Assembly: GCA_951406725.2 (NCBI GenBank)
Contig: OX597816.1
Location: forward strand, 20,646,001-20,710,000
DNA length: 64,000 bases
DNA from: Octopus vulgaris
Lineage: Eukaryota
Reading direction: 5' to 3'
In this document: positions 11,545-24,870 of the stretch, piece after piece
How positions within the stretch are numbered: the stretch's first letter is position 1
Layout of the letters: each line of letters begins with the position of its first letter
Notes under the pieces: generated by a model
What the model was told of the DNA's origin: nothing
Seen by the model: the letters and a program-made list of their open reading frames with translations, nothing else
Databases searched by the model: none
Program-made: the position numbers and the translations under genes

Positions 11545-12105
11545 ATTGTCTCCCTCTTTCTCCCTCCTTTACTCTCTTCCTCTTTCTTTCTTTCTCCCAC
11601 CCTCTCTCTATCTCTCCTTCTCTCTCTCTGTTCTCTTTTCCTGTCCTTTTCTTTCCCTCCCTCTCTCACTGTCTCTCCCTCCCCCTTTCCCTTCCTCCCT
11701 TCTCTCTCTCCTTCTCTTCTCTCTTCCTCTCTTATTCCTTCACTCTCTCAGTCCCTTTCTCTCTCCCTCCCTCCCTCTCTTCTCTCCCTCCCTTTCTCTC
11801 TTCTCTCCCTCCCTTCTCTCTCTCCTTCTCCCCCTCTGTTCTCTCTTCCTTTTTTTCCTCTCCCCCTCTCCCTCACTCATTCTCCCCTCTCCCTCACTCA
11901 TTCTCCCACTCTCCCTCACTCATTCTCCCTCTCTCCATCTCTCTCATTCTCCCTTCCTCCCTTTCTCTCATTCTTCTTTCTCCTTTCTCTCATACTCCCT
12001 TCCTCCCCCTCTCTCCTTCTCCTTTTCTCCCTCTCTCTCCTTCTCTCCCTTCATTCTTTCTTCCTCTCCCTCTCTTTCCTTCCTTCCTTCTCTCTCCCTC
12101 TATTT
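11545..12105. repeat. Polypyrimidine (CT-rich) tract
   Basis: Direct reading. Confidence 0.95.
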
Positions 12106-12556
12106 GCTTATGCATTTGAAGCATATTTATCCTTTATGTGAATGTGGAGAGAAGGGTAAGTGTCAACCCTGTTCAGTTCATAAACTGAATTCTCTTTCTC
12201 GTTTTTCTTCACTCTCTTTCTCCTCTCCTTCTCTCACTCTTTCTATTCGAATGTGTATATTGCTGCACACACATGCTTATATGTGTGTATGTATGTGTGT
12301 GTTTGTCTCCTGAGGCAAAACGCCCTGTTGCCAAAATATGTTGAACATCCAGTGAGCCATGTCCAATTGTCTACATCCAAACAGCTGGACCAGGTCTTCT
12401 CATTCCATTAGTCAATTAGTAACAATTAGAGTGGATGCATTGGCAGAATAATTAATATGTTAGGAAAACCACTTTGCAGTATCAGTTGCATACCATTACA
12501 TTCTAAGTACGAATCCAGCTGAAATCGAATATACTTTTAATCTTTGCAAAGTTGTT

Positions 12557-12758
12557 GGAGTGGCTGTGTGGTAAGTAGCTTGCTTACCAGCCACATGACT
12601 CCAGGTTCAGTCCTACTGCATGCTATCTTGGGCAAGTGTTTTCTACTATAGCCATGGGCTGTCCAAAGCCTTGTCAGTGGATTTGGTAGAAAGAAGCCCG
12701 TCATATATATATACATGCCTTTATGTATATATATAAATATATATATACTACATACCTT

Positions 12759-12797
<39 letters not shown>

Positions 12798-13968
12798 TCT
12801 CTACTCCTTACTTGTTTTAGTCATTTGACTGTGGCTATGCTAGAGCACCACCTTTAGTCAAGCAAATTTATTCTTTGGATGCCTAGTACTTATTCTATTG
12901 GTCTCTTTTGCCGAACTGCTAAGTTACGGGGATGAAAACACACCAGTATCGGTTGTCAAGCAATGTTGAGGGGACAAACACAGACACACAAACAAACATA
13001 CACACACACACATATACATATATATGACGGGCTTCTTTCAGTTTCTGGCTACCATATCCAATGCTTTGGTCAGTACTGCCTGACTGGTCCACATGCTGGT
13101 GGCACATTAAAAGCACCCACTACACTCTCAGAGTGGTTAACGTTAGGAAGAGCATCCAGTTGTAGAAACATTGCTAGATCAGATTGGAGCCTGGTGCAGC
13201 CTCCCAGCTTGCTAGCCCTCGGCCAAACCATCCAACCCATACCAGCATGGAAAGTGGACGTTAAACGATGATGATGATGATGATGATGATGATATATGCA
13301 ATAGATTTCTGCACAGTTTCCATCTATCAACTTCACTCACAAGGCATTGGAGGGTCACTCACAGGAGCTGTTTAGGAAGTCACATGGCCAAGGTGCTGTG
13401 CAGAGGAACTGAACCTAAAATCCCATGGCTGCAAAGCAAGCTTCTTAATCATGCGTAGGAGTGGCTGTGTGATAAATAGCTTGCTTATAAACCGCATGGT
13501 TCCGGGTTCAGTCCTACTGTGTGGCATCTTGGGCAAGTGTCTTCTACTATAGCCTCGGGCCGACCAAAGCCTTGCAAGTGGATTTGGTAGACGGAAACTG
13601 AAAGAAGCCCGTCGTATATATGTATATATATGTATATGTATGTGTGTATATGTTTGTGTGTCTGTGTTTGTTCCCCCAACATCGTTTGACAACCGATGCG
13701 GGTGTGTTTACGTCCCCATAACTTAGCGGTTCAGCAAAAGAGACTGATAGAATAAGTGTTTGTGTGTCTGTGTTTGTTCCCTCAACATCACTTGACAACT
13801 GATGCTGGTATGTTTATGTCCCCATAACTTAGCGGTTCAGCAAAAGAGATCCAATAGAATAAGTAGTAGGCTTATAAGGAATAAGTCCTGGGGTTAATTT
13901 GTTCGACTAAAGGTGGTGCTCCTACATGGCCACAGTCACATGACTGAAACAAGTAAAAGAGTAAAATA
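12557..13968. mobile_element. Cluster: SINE A halves (12557-12710 +, 12797-13070 -), family B (13072-13292 +), SINE A with internal duplication (13453-13968 +)
   Basis: Sequence match to other copies. Confidence 0.85.
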
Positions 13969-15086
13969 GTATGCATCTATGCCTGTACCTAAGACCACTC
14001 TCAATACTACACATTAGCAGTTTTCTTTAAGTATCTTTACATCTTGCCCATTTCCATTAATCTGGTGAAGTATCGTTTCCAGATTCATAATAGATTTATT
14101 AATAATATCACTAACAGAAGCAGATATTCGGATGGCCATAACAGTTTTTAATATGACTATATAAATGTTATTCCAATGATTTGTAACTATAGAAGTGGAA
14201 GTATTTAGCATGAAATAAATTAACGTATCTGATAGATTGATTTAGATTTAAATTCCTAAAATACCAATGTCTCCTAATTGTGACCAACTCGGAAGTCTAA
14301 TACTATCATTTCAGAAATATCGATTTTGGGGCCATTTAAAATCATTGCAGACTAACATTTAGATATTAATTTTCGTTTCTGTTGTTTTGTTCTTTGTTTG
14401 CCATTAGTATTGCAAGTAAGTTTTTAGATTTTGATTTATGAAATACGTCGAGGAAATTTTTTTTTTTTATTATTGTTGTCATTGCTGATGTTGTTGTTGT
14501 TTTTTCTTTGTTTTTGTGTTGTTTTATTTAATCTCTCTCTGCCACTTATGTTGTCAACAGTTGTTCTGTTATAATGTGTGTCAAGTAGATACAACTGATT
14601 AACAAGCCATGGATAGGCTGCTTGTTTCTGGATGCAGATTTATATATAATTTGCAAAAAGACACATTAAATACATTGAATTAAAACGGCAAAAATACATT
14701 AGCATTAATATTCCGAATGATATAATCGATACATGCTCTCTCTCACCCACACCCACCCAACCATACACACACGCACACACACACACATACACATACACAC
14801 ACAAACACACAAACACATGTGTATAAATATATATTTATATATGTATGTATATATACACACATATACTTACATACATATTCAGCTATGTAGACACACACAC
14901 ATATATATACACATACATATACATATATATATACATACATATATATATATACATATAAATACATACATATATATGTATATATATATATATACACATACAT
15001 ATATATATACACATACATATATATATGTATATATACATCTATATATATATATGTATATATATATGTATGTGTATATATATACAAAC

Positions 15087-15146
<60 letters not shown>

Positions 15147-15548
15147 TGAAATATATGAATATATTATGGCCAGCTCAATTAATATGAAATTTTTCATTGC
15201 ACATCCATTAACATTTTATCAAATACGCTAGTCTATTTTCCTAAATATCTGCAAAGAGATCTTTAGATCCATTTTGTTTGCATATAACCTTGCAAAAAAC
15301 TGCATACTAAATCATTTCCATGTTACTATAATTTATATTTATATATAATTTATACAAACATAGGCACAGGAATGGATGTGTGGTAAGTAGCTTGCTTAGC
15401 AGCCACATGGTTCTGGGATCAGTTCCACTGCGTAGCACCTTGGGCAAGTGACTTTTCCCTATAAAATTTATAATACATGTAAATCAATACATGGCAGTAA
15501 AAACAAAACTAGAATGTAAATAATATTTTATATAAAGTAAAAACAATG

Positions 15549-16754
15549 CATTATTTACATTTGACGGATATTTGTCCTCATCTTGTTTGTTGTTTATACG
15601 TTTCAGATGATATACTCTCCAGCCTTCTTCAGGTGTCTTGGGGAATTTTCAAACATGGGTTCTCATTCCTGAGGTATTTTTCGATGGTATTATTATTATT
15701 ATTATTTTTTTTTTCTTCTTTCAAATTTGCTTCCATTTCTTGCCGAGTGTCTTCCCGACTCCTAGGGCAAAGAAACTCATAGTATACATTGGTAGGCCAT
15801 TAAACCAAACTCAGTAGTTCGTTCATTTAAAAAAATTTTTTTTTTTAAAGTTAAATTAAAATACATGAGCAGCAACAGTTCTCACATCGACAATGCTCTT
15901 CTCAATACGTGTGATGTACCAGTTAAGACAATCTTTTGCACTTCTTGCAGGGATGGTAAGCCAGGGATCATTCTCATATAATTTTCGGTTCCCTTCTTGA
16001 TCATTCTTAGTGCTCCTACGATCACTGGTATTGTAACCGCCTTGAGATGCCACATTTTCTCAATTTCAATGAGTAGGTCTTTATATTTTCTGAGCTTGTC
16101 AAACTCTTTCGCTGAGATATTATGATCACAGGGGATGCTCATGTCGATCAATAAGCAAACTTTATTGTTTTGGTCTTTCACAATAATATCTGGTTTATTG
16201 GCCTTGATGGTTCGGTCTGTATGTACTGGAAAGTCCCACAGAATGGTTACATTTTCTCCTTCAGTTACATCCTCAGGGTGGTGATTATACCACTTGTCGG
16301 CAGTTTTGATATTGTAATGCCGACTTATTAGCCAGTGGAGATATTGGCCAACTCTGTCATGTCTTAACTTATACTCCACTGGTGCTAAGACTTTACATCC
16401 AGAGATTAGGTGGTCCACTGTTTCAATCATGTCGTTGCAGAATCGGCATTTTGGGTCTGCTCCATTTTTCATCACATTGGCCTTGTAGTTCCGGGTTAAT
16501 AGGCTTTGATCTTGAGCAGCCATATTATTATTATTTTTAACACAATGTTTTGGCTGATCAGCCTTCATCGGGTGTCTTGAGGAAATTTCGAACCTGGGTT
16601 CACATTCTGAAGGTAGTTTTCGATGTTATTATTATCATTATTATTATTATTATTATTATCATCACTTTTTTTTTTTTTTTCAGGTCACTGCTTGGAATTG
16701 AACTTGGAATCTTGGGGTTAGTAGCCTGTGCTCTTAACCATTACGTCGTATACC
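15549..16754 (-). mobile_element. tRNA-headed, hammerhead-tailed SINE-like element (copy 2), partially tandem tail
   Basis: TSD AGTAAAAA(C/G)AATG at 15536-15548 and 16755-16767; head 16681-16750; HHR motifs 16539-16576 and 15592-15637. Confidence 0.75.
15712..16523 (-). mobile_element. 5'-truncated R4/Dong-clade non-LTR retrotransposon (CCHC knuckle plus restriction-like endonuclease, 3' UTR)
   Basis: ORF 15882-16523: CRFC..ETVDHLISGC, RHD, NKPDII..D..K..KY motifs; both junctions in (AAT)n. Confidence 0.9.
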
Positions 16755-16787
16755 AGTAAAAAGAATGTCAAGATCCTTTATAATATG

Positions 16788-16951
16788 TAGGCGCAGGAGT
16801 GGCTGTGTGGTAAGTAGCTTGCTTACGAACCACACGGTTCCGGGTTCAGTCCCACTACATGGCACTTTGAGCAAGTGTCTTCTACAATAGTTTTAGGCTA
16901 ACCAAAGCCTTGTGAGTGGATATGGTAGACAGAAACTGAAAGAAGCCTATC

Positions 16952-16999
<48 letters not shown>

Positions 17000-17320
17000 T
17001 TGTCCCCCCAGCATCGCTTGACAACCGATGCTGGTGTGTTTACATACCCGTAACTTAGCAGTTCAGCAAAACAGACTGATAGAATATGTGTTTGTGTTTC
17101 TGTGTGTGTTCCCCCCACACCGACATTGCTTGATAACCGATGGTGGTGTGTTTACGTCCACGTAACTTAGTGGTTTGACAAAAGAGACGAATAAAATAAG
17201 TACTAGGCTTACAAAGAATAAGTCCTGCAGTCGATTTGCTCGACTAAATGCGGTGCTACAGCATGGCCACAGTCAAATGACTGAAACAAGTAAAAGAGTA
17301 AAAGAGTAAAAGAATAAAAA
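16788..17320 (+). mobile_element. SINE family A with internal duplication
   Basis: Full head and tail; ~110-bp 3' body segment repeated. Confidence 0.9.
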
Positions 17321-17575
17321 ATATCATTATAGGAATCATATTCTAAATCATTTTCACTCACACTAGACTCATGCATACCATTGCTTGTAAACACGATCAA
17401 TAATTCACAAGCATCCATAGACTGACTTGTGGATTTCTTTTTAAAAAACAAGTCTAGAGTTGTTTGCTTAGAAGAAGCTTTATTTCGCTCTCTATAAATT
17501 ACTCAGTAACATGCAGAAGCATTTGTTATGGTAGTAGTAACTTGCATTCTTCATTCAAAATTTGGGTCCTGTTGC
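17321..17575 (-). pseudogene. Tigger/pogo transposase C-terminal relic
   Basis: Minus strand reads QDPNFE*RMQVTTTITNASACY*VIYRERNKASSKQTTLDLFFKK, resembling the Tigger DPN.ER and QxTLDxFF end; two in-frame stops. Confidence 0.75.
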
Positions 17576-17643
17576 TATAAAATATAATTCATAAACCTGG
17601 GATCTGATAAAGACAAAAACAAGTAAATAAATACATAGCTAAA

Positions 17644-18033
17644 TCTATATATATGAAGCTGAATTTGTCTGTGTGTGGCAGGTTTGGTAGCCTTCAACTA
17701 ACACTATATCCTCCAAGACCCTGTGGCGCAAGTTGACCAAAATTGAGAGTATGATAGAAGAAGGCTTGCTCTTCATTCTGTAGAAAGAAAAACTCAAACC
17801 GGACCATGTTAATGCCAAAAATTATTTACATCAAAAAGGTGTTTTTTTTCTATGAAAATCCCTATTTTTTACGATTTTTTGACTGCTGTGTTTCCATTTT
17901 TCGGTGTATTTCAACCAGAAAAATGTTCACTTAAAGAGAATGACAAGCTACATAATGCAAAATATTTACTTTTCAAAAAGTCCAATTCTAAAGGGTCGAA
18001 ACAAACCCGAGCAACGCCAGGCGAAACTGTTAG
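17644..18033 (+). mobile_element. Non-autonomous Helitron, subfamily 1
   Basis: Match to 2320-2710; terminal hairpin and TTAG end. Confidence 0.8.
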
Positions 18034-18479
18034 TAATTATATATAAACTAAACCGACTATGGAAGCATGAATGATGTTGACAATAATGATAGTGGTAGTG
18101 GTGAGAGATGGTGATGAGGATGATGAGGACTGCGACAATAACAATAACAATGATGACGGTGATGATGATGATGAGAAAGAGGAGGAGGAGGATGACCACA
18201 ACATGCCTTTCCATATCATATCAGTGAAGGCATCTTATCTCTTTATATATCCTTAAACCAATCTAATCATCTGAATGAATAGAATAAAATTGACAGAGAA
18301 ATTACAATTGGATATTTTCAGAGATAATATATTCTCTCAAGTGAGATAAGCGAAATGGTATTTAGTATTTATTCTAAATGCAGAGAGACTCTAAACAACT
18401 GTTATTTGTGTGTGTATGTGTGTCCTTGTTTTTATTTCCAGCTTGTCCAGTTTTTTTACTACTTGCTTAATTTACTTAC

Positions 18480-19127
18480 TTTTTACTATTTTACTTGTTT
18501 CAGTCATTTGACTGTGGCCATGCTGGAGCACCACTTTTAATCAAACAAAATTGACGCCAGGACTTATTCTTTGTAAGTCTGGTACTTATTCTATCGGTCT
18601 CCTTTTGCCAAACTGCTAAGCTATGGGGACCTAAACACATCAGCGTCATTTGTCAAGCGATGTTGGGGGACAAACACAGACACAAACATATACACATACA
18701 TATATATATAATAAAATAAACGTGCCCTTTTAATGCCTAGCCAGGCTCATGGGCCTGGTTTCCCGATTTCTGTGGCGTATGTGTTCTCCAGTTGGATGGG
18801 ATGCCAGTCCATCGCAGTGTTACTCATTTTTGCCAGTTGAGTGGAATGAAGTATTTTGCTCAAGAATACAACGTGTCGCCCTGTCCAGGAATCAAAACGG
18901 CAATCTTACGATCATGATGCTGACACCCTAACCACTAAGCCACGTGCTTCCACACACATACACACATATATATATATATGTTTCCGTCTACCAAATCCAC
19001 TCACAAGGCTTTGGTTGGCCCGAGGCTATACTAGAAGACACTTGCTCAAGGTGCCACATAGTGGGACTGAACCCGGAACCATGCAGTTTGTAAGCAAGCT
19101 ACTTACCACACAGCCACTCCTGTGCCT
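18480..19127 (-). mobile_element. SINE A interrupted by a tRNA-headed family E SINE (18715-18953)
   Basis: Tail 18480-18710 and head 18978-19127 flank the insert. Confidence 0.85.
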
Positions 19128-19168
19128 GATAACATTTAAATAAATAAATGTTACTAATAAGATTTAAA

Positions 19169-19336
19169 TAGGCATAGGAGTGGCTGTGTGGTAAGTAGCT
19201 TGCTTACCAACCACATTGTTCCGGATTCAGTCCCACTGTGTGGCACCTTGGGCAAGTATCTTCTACTATAGCCTTGGGCCGACCAAAGCCTTGTGAGCAG
19301 ATTTGGTTGACAGAAACTGAAAAGAAGCCCATCGTG

Positions 19337-19387
<51 letters not shown>

Positions 19388-19600
19388 TTGCATATATTTT
19401 TGTGTCTGTCTTTGTCCACCCCACTAACATCACTTGACAACCGATGCTGGTGTGTTACTTAGCTGTTCAGCAAGAGTGACCAATAGAATAAGTACTAAGC
19501 ATACAAAGAATAAGTCCTGGGGTCGATTTTTGCTCGACTAAAGGCAGTTCTCCAGCATGGCCACAGTCAAATGAATGAAACAAGTAAATGAATAAAAGAA
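19169..19600 (+). mobile_element. SINE family A, full length
   Basis: Head, microsatellite centre, tail. Confidence 0.9.
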
Positions 19601-19969
19601 AAGAAAAAAGTGGAGATGAAAATATACAACAAATGGCATAGAGATGAGTAAACTAATTATCTTGTTGTCTGCATTTTCATCATCGTTATTTGTATATCTG
19701 CTTTTCCATGTTTACATGATCTGAAGGAATTTATTGATGCAGAGATGTTTTTGTGTTCTGATGTCCACCCTGTTAACAACTGTCATCTGTTTCTGCTTTG
19801 ATATCCACTTTTCTATGCTGGTCTGGATCGCATGGAATTTGTTGTGGCAGATTTTCTATAACTGGATGCCCTTCTTGTTGCAAACACCGACCTCTTTCCA
19901 AGCCAAGTAATTATGTTGACTTGGTCAGACATGTTTTAAGGGAAAATTGGAAATGAAGGACATTACTTA

Positions 19970-20207
19970 TATCTGTTTCTTTATTACCCACAAGGGGCTA
20001 AACATAGAGGGGACAAACAAGGACAGACTAACGGATTGAGTTGATTACATCGACCCCAGTGCATAACTGGTACTTAATTTATCGACCCCGAAAGGATGAA
20101 AGGCAAAGTCGACCTCGACGGGATTTGAACTCAGAACGTAACGGCAGACGAAATACGGCTACGCATTTCGCCCGGCATGCTAACGTTTCTGCCAGCTAGC
20201 TGCCTTA
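19970..20207 (-). mobile_element. SINE family D (Meta-like central domain)
   Basis: GAGTTCAAAT B box and GCCTTTCATCCTTTCGGGGTCGATAAA core; many copies. Confidence 0.8.
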
Positions 20208-20307
20208 TAATTACTTATATCATGGTGTTGCTCATTTGTACACATATATACATACATATATATATATATATGTATGCACACTTATATACATATATATATG
20301 TATATTG

Positions 20308-20648
20308 GTGAAACCCCCTTCAGTCATGACTGACCGTGGGATTGCACCTAGAAAGTTACCCTCTGAGGCACAAGTCTGGGCAAGGTTGTTTATGGAAGAC
20401 CAGCAGTCGCCCATGCATACTGGCCTTCCCTCTCCACACCACCAGGGTTATCCAAGTGAAAGGCAAATGGACCGATACAGCTTGGCACCTGTGATGTCGC
20501 AATTCATTTCTACAGCTGAGTAAACTGGAGCAACGTGAAATAAAGTGTCTTGCTCAAGAACACAACAGGCAGCCCGGTCCGGGATTTGAACTCACAACCT
20601 CACGATCATAAGCTCAACGCTCTAACCACTGAACCATGTGCCTTCACA
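20308..20648 (-). mobile_element. tRNA-headed SINE, family E variant
   Basis: Head TGGTTCAGTGGTTAGAGC..GAGTTCAAATCCC; tail shared with 51750-51910. Confidence 0.8.
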
Positions 20649-20877
20649 TATATTTATATATGCAGACATATATGCAGACATATATATGTACATGTGCTAG
20701 AATAGAAAAGAGACGTTGAATGATGTTGATTCATAATTAATGTATATTTGATGGGCTTGTATTAGAGTTAAACTACCAAATCCACTCAAAAAGCTTAAGG
20801 TACCACACAGCAGGACTGAACCTTAAATGATGTAGTTGGTATGCAAGCATCTTGACCAAAAACACATGCTTAACCCT

Positions 20878-20911
<34 letters not shown>

Positions 20912-21293
20912 CATACACTCATGTAAACACACACACACATTATACACACAGTATAAAGATACAAGCTGCTAATAGTTTCTTGCTGTGGAAACACATGCCT
21001 TGACAGGTTTTTAAAATATGCCTTGAATCTCCAAGTTTCAAAATTACTTAGAGACACAAGATATATTTTAAAAACATACCTATATGGGTGTCTCCTCAGC
21101 AAGAAATTACTAGGAGCTCATAATTTTATACTCTATACATTCAATTATATTTCTCTCTCACTGGATGGCATATGTTTTTTTTTATCTTGCATGAATGGAA
21201 CAGGAAACTAGATACATACATACATACATACATACATACATACATACATACATACATACATACATACGTACATATGTGTGTATATATATATAC

Positions 21294-21690
21294 CTTTATA
21301 TATAAAAGTAAGGTTGTGTGTCTGTCTCCTACGATTTAGATTCCTAACTACTTCCACATTTTGCGGTGCAGTTTAACCAAAACCAGGTATCTTATAGTCG
21401 TGATTCATATCGAGCCCTTCTGGGTATTAGCGCGCATCTACGATGAGTCTACGATTTAAAAAAAAATTTACCATCATTTTTTTCCCTTTTAATGCATTTT
21501 TTCACTCTTATATAAGGGAAGTGACTCTTTAAAAATGTCTACGATGAGTCAACGATTTAAAAAAAAATTTACCATCTTTTTTTTTCCATTTTTAATGCAT
21601 TTTGTTGCTATTTTTTGGCTATAACTCTCTAAAAATGCTTATATAGTTATTTCCCTTACAAACCCGAGCAACGCCGGGCGATACTGCTAG
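21294..21690 (+). mobile_element. Non-autonomous Helitron, subfamily 2
   Basis: Same 3' hairpin and CTAG end as subfamily 1 but a different body. Confidence 0.8.
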
Positions 21691-21903
21691 TATATATATA
21701 TTTTGCAATGCTAAAGTTGGGAAAGCACACGATAAAAGTTCCCTCATTTCTTTCTAATTTTGACATAAGGCCAGGACCTTTGAAAGAATCAGGAAGTTGT
21801 TTATATCAATGCCAGTATGCAACTCATACGTTATCAATATATAAAAGGATGAAAGGCAAACTAGGCCTCAGAGGCATTTGAATTTAAACTGTAAAGATCT
21901 GAA

Positions 21904-22290
21904 AGGTGTAGGAGTGGCTGTGTGGTAAGTAGCTTGCTTACCAACCACATGGTTCCGGGTTCAGTCCCACTGCATGGCACCTTGGGCAAGTGTCTTCTAC
22001 TATAGTCTCGGGTCGACCAACGCCTTGTGAGTGCATTTGTTAGATGGAATCTGAAAAAAGCCTGTCATATATATGTATGTTTGTGTGTCTGTGTTTGTCC
22101 CACCAACATTGCTTGACAACCAATGATGGTGTGTTTATGTCCCCATAACTTAGCAGTTTGGCAAAAGAGACTAATAGAATAAGTACTAGGCTTACAAAGA
22201 ATAAGCCCTGGGGTCGATTTGCTCGACTAAAGGCGGTGCTCCAGCATGGCCACAGTCAAAATGACTGAAACAAGTAAAAGAGTAAAAGAG
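21904..22290 (+). mobile_element. SINE A inserted into an old SINE D
   Basis: SINE D remnants at 21765-21903 and 22291-22345. Confidence 0.85.
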
Positions 22291-23977
22291 ATGCCACTAA
22301 GCATTTTGTCTGATATGGTAACCATCCAGCCAGATTGCTGCCTATTCATTTATTTTTTCTTTATTGAAAGTAAATGGATAAAGATATTAGGAACGGTATA
22401 ATATTTATTCCTGAGAGAAATTATAAATTTGTTATTAAAATTACTGTCATTTATTATTCATGTAAAATCCACACCAACTTAAATTAATGTTCTAAATTAT
22501 TGGAAGTAAAACTCAGCCTTTTGCAAACTTGTAATAAATCATACCAGTAAAACAGATGAAAGATATACAGCTCTATTCCAACTGCATTTCATTGCTGTTC
22601 TAATATACCATGAAATATTATTTACTTCATGCTTGTGAGGGTGTATGGTATTTGACATTGATCATTTTGAATTATGTTATTAGTGTTGTTTAATACTAAC
22701 ATCGGTTCTGTTCAAAGAGTTCTGTGATCAAAGACTTTTCACCTCTGATCATCTAATTATTAAGTATATCAAGGACTTCTTCATCTAATGTGTTTTGCTT
22801 TACTGTAAGTTTGTTTGGCATGATATGATTCAAAGATGAGTTGGCTACTATTTCTTGTGGGTCAAATGATTCTACAGACACTCTCATGTCAGTTTATAGT
22901 GATATATAGTTTTGGCTATAGGTGGCTGAGTCTTTTTTTCATTGCATTAATAAAAAAATAAAAAATTCAGGCTGTGGACTGCAAGAACTTTTAAGGCACT
23001 GGAAAAATTGCTTCATGTTATTTATTCCAATTCTTTACATTCTGAGATCAAATCCTGCCAATGTCAACTTTCTCATTCATTTTTTTGTACATCGATAAAA
23101 TAAAGTATGCACTGGCGTGCCGGGCAAAATGCTTATTGGTATTTCGTCTATCTTTATGTTTTAAAGGTGGTGCTCCAGCATGACCGCAGTCAAATGACTG
23201 AAACAAGTAAAAGAGTAAAAAGAGTAAAGGAGAGTACTGGTGGGTCAATGGTTTCATTGAGACCCATCCTCTCAAAATTTCTAGTCTAGTACATACCATA
23301 TTTGCTGGCCTATAAGACATACCTTTTTTACCCAAAAATGGCCTTAAAGATCCCCCTGTGTCCAATGCATTCAATGTAGGTTCAAAATTCACTCAAAACG
23401 GTATGTATGTTTATAAAACGAGTGCTGCCATCTACTGGTGAACAATCTCCTATGGTATATTTATATCGAATGTGATTGCAATAAATTACTTATAATTACC
23501 TGTAATAACATAAAGTTATACAGGTAAGTGTAGGTCTTAACCCAGTTGTTGTTGTTGGAAAATGAGTGTCATGTCCTCGGAGTGTGCAACTTCGGATATA
23601 TCAAAATAAGAATTTTGAAAGAAGTTTCTAAAAAGCTAATTTTTAGACATCGAATGACTATGGGGATCCACCAGAAAAAAAAACAGTTATCAAAGTGGTC
23701 CATAGATAAAAAATGGTTTGAGAACCCTTGTCTTAAATCTTTCTCTTTTCCGTTGTCTTTCTAGTGGTACCCATTGATCAAAGGTGAAAAGTCTTTGATC
23801 AAATAAAAGCAATCTTGGGTGTTCATGTTTCTGATTGTTGGAAAACATGACCTGCAAGTCTCATTCTTGTTCTTACCTTAATCTCCTGCAGACTGCACTG
23901 ATTAGATCTTCTCAAGACTGTATAGCTTCATTATAAATAATGTTTAGGATTTAATCTCCTCAAACCTTCAAGATATA

Positions 23978-24223
23978 CTCTTTTACTCTTTTACTTGTTT
24001 CAGTCATTTGACTGTGGCCATGCTGGAGCACTGCCTTTAGTCGACTGAGCAAATCGACCCCAGGACTTATTCTTTGTAAGCCTAGTACTTATTCTATCGG
24101 TCTCTTTTGCCGAACTGCTAAATTACAGGGTCGTAAACATACCAGCATTGGTTGTCAAGCGATGTTCAGAGGACAAACACAAACACATACACACACATAC
24201 ATATATATCTATATATATCTATC

Positions 24224-24255
<32 letters not shown>

Positions 24256-24625
24256 TATATAGTTAATCCAAACAAGTAAACACAAAAAAACACAACAACG
24301 CGAGGACGTTGAACAAATAAAGTATTATTGGACGCTCAGGAAAGAAGGGAAGAAGGAGGGTTTAACGTTTCGAGTGGAGCTCTTCATTGGAAACAAAGGA
24401 GAAGGAAAGATCCCGAGAAGGGAAGACAGAGGAAAAAAAATTGCTGGTGGTGCTCACGATGGTGGGCTTCTTTGAGTTTCCGTCTACCAAATCCACTCAC
24501 AAGGCTTTGGTCAGCCCGAGGCTATAGTAGAAGACACTTGCCCAAAGTGCCATGCAGTGGGACTGAACCCGGAACCATGTGGTTGGTAAACAAGCTACTT
24601 ACCACACAGCCACTCCTGGGCCTAT
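23978..24625 (-). mobile_element. SINE A interrupted by a Penelope-like fragment (24262-24460)
   Basis: Insert carries minus-strand GTTT CCAATGA AGAGCTCCACTC GAAACGTT AAAC, an HHR-like motif at 24359-24394. Confidence 0.8.
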
Positions 24626-24634
24626 AGGAATAAA

Positions 24635-24870
24635 TATTTATTTCTTTACTACCCACAAGGGGCTAAACACAGAGGGGACAAACAAGGACAGACAAACGGA
24701 TTAAGTCGATTATATCGACCCCAGTGAGTAACTGGTACTTAATTTATCGACCCCAAAAGGTTGAAAGGCAAAGTCAACCTCGGCAGAATTTGAACTCAGA
24801 ACGTAACGGCAGACGAAATACGGCTACACATTTCGCCCGGCGTGCTAACGGTTCTGCCAGCTCACCTCCA
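24635..24870 (-). mobile_element. SINE family D
   Basis: Close match to 19970-20207. Confidence 0.85.

Noticed and set aside
11484-12313. 211-aa and 255-aa Ser/Leu/Pro/Phe ORFs
   Set aside because: Artefact of a polypyrimidine tract.
14014-14211. Possible host exon (65-aa minus-strand ORF)
   Set aside because: No recognisable homology and weak splice signals; cannot be supported without RNA-seq.
23294-23730. Possible pogo-like and hAT-like MITE ends
   Set aside because: Termini resemble such elements, but paired TIRs and TSDs could not be established.
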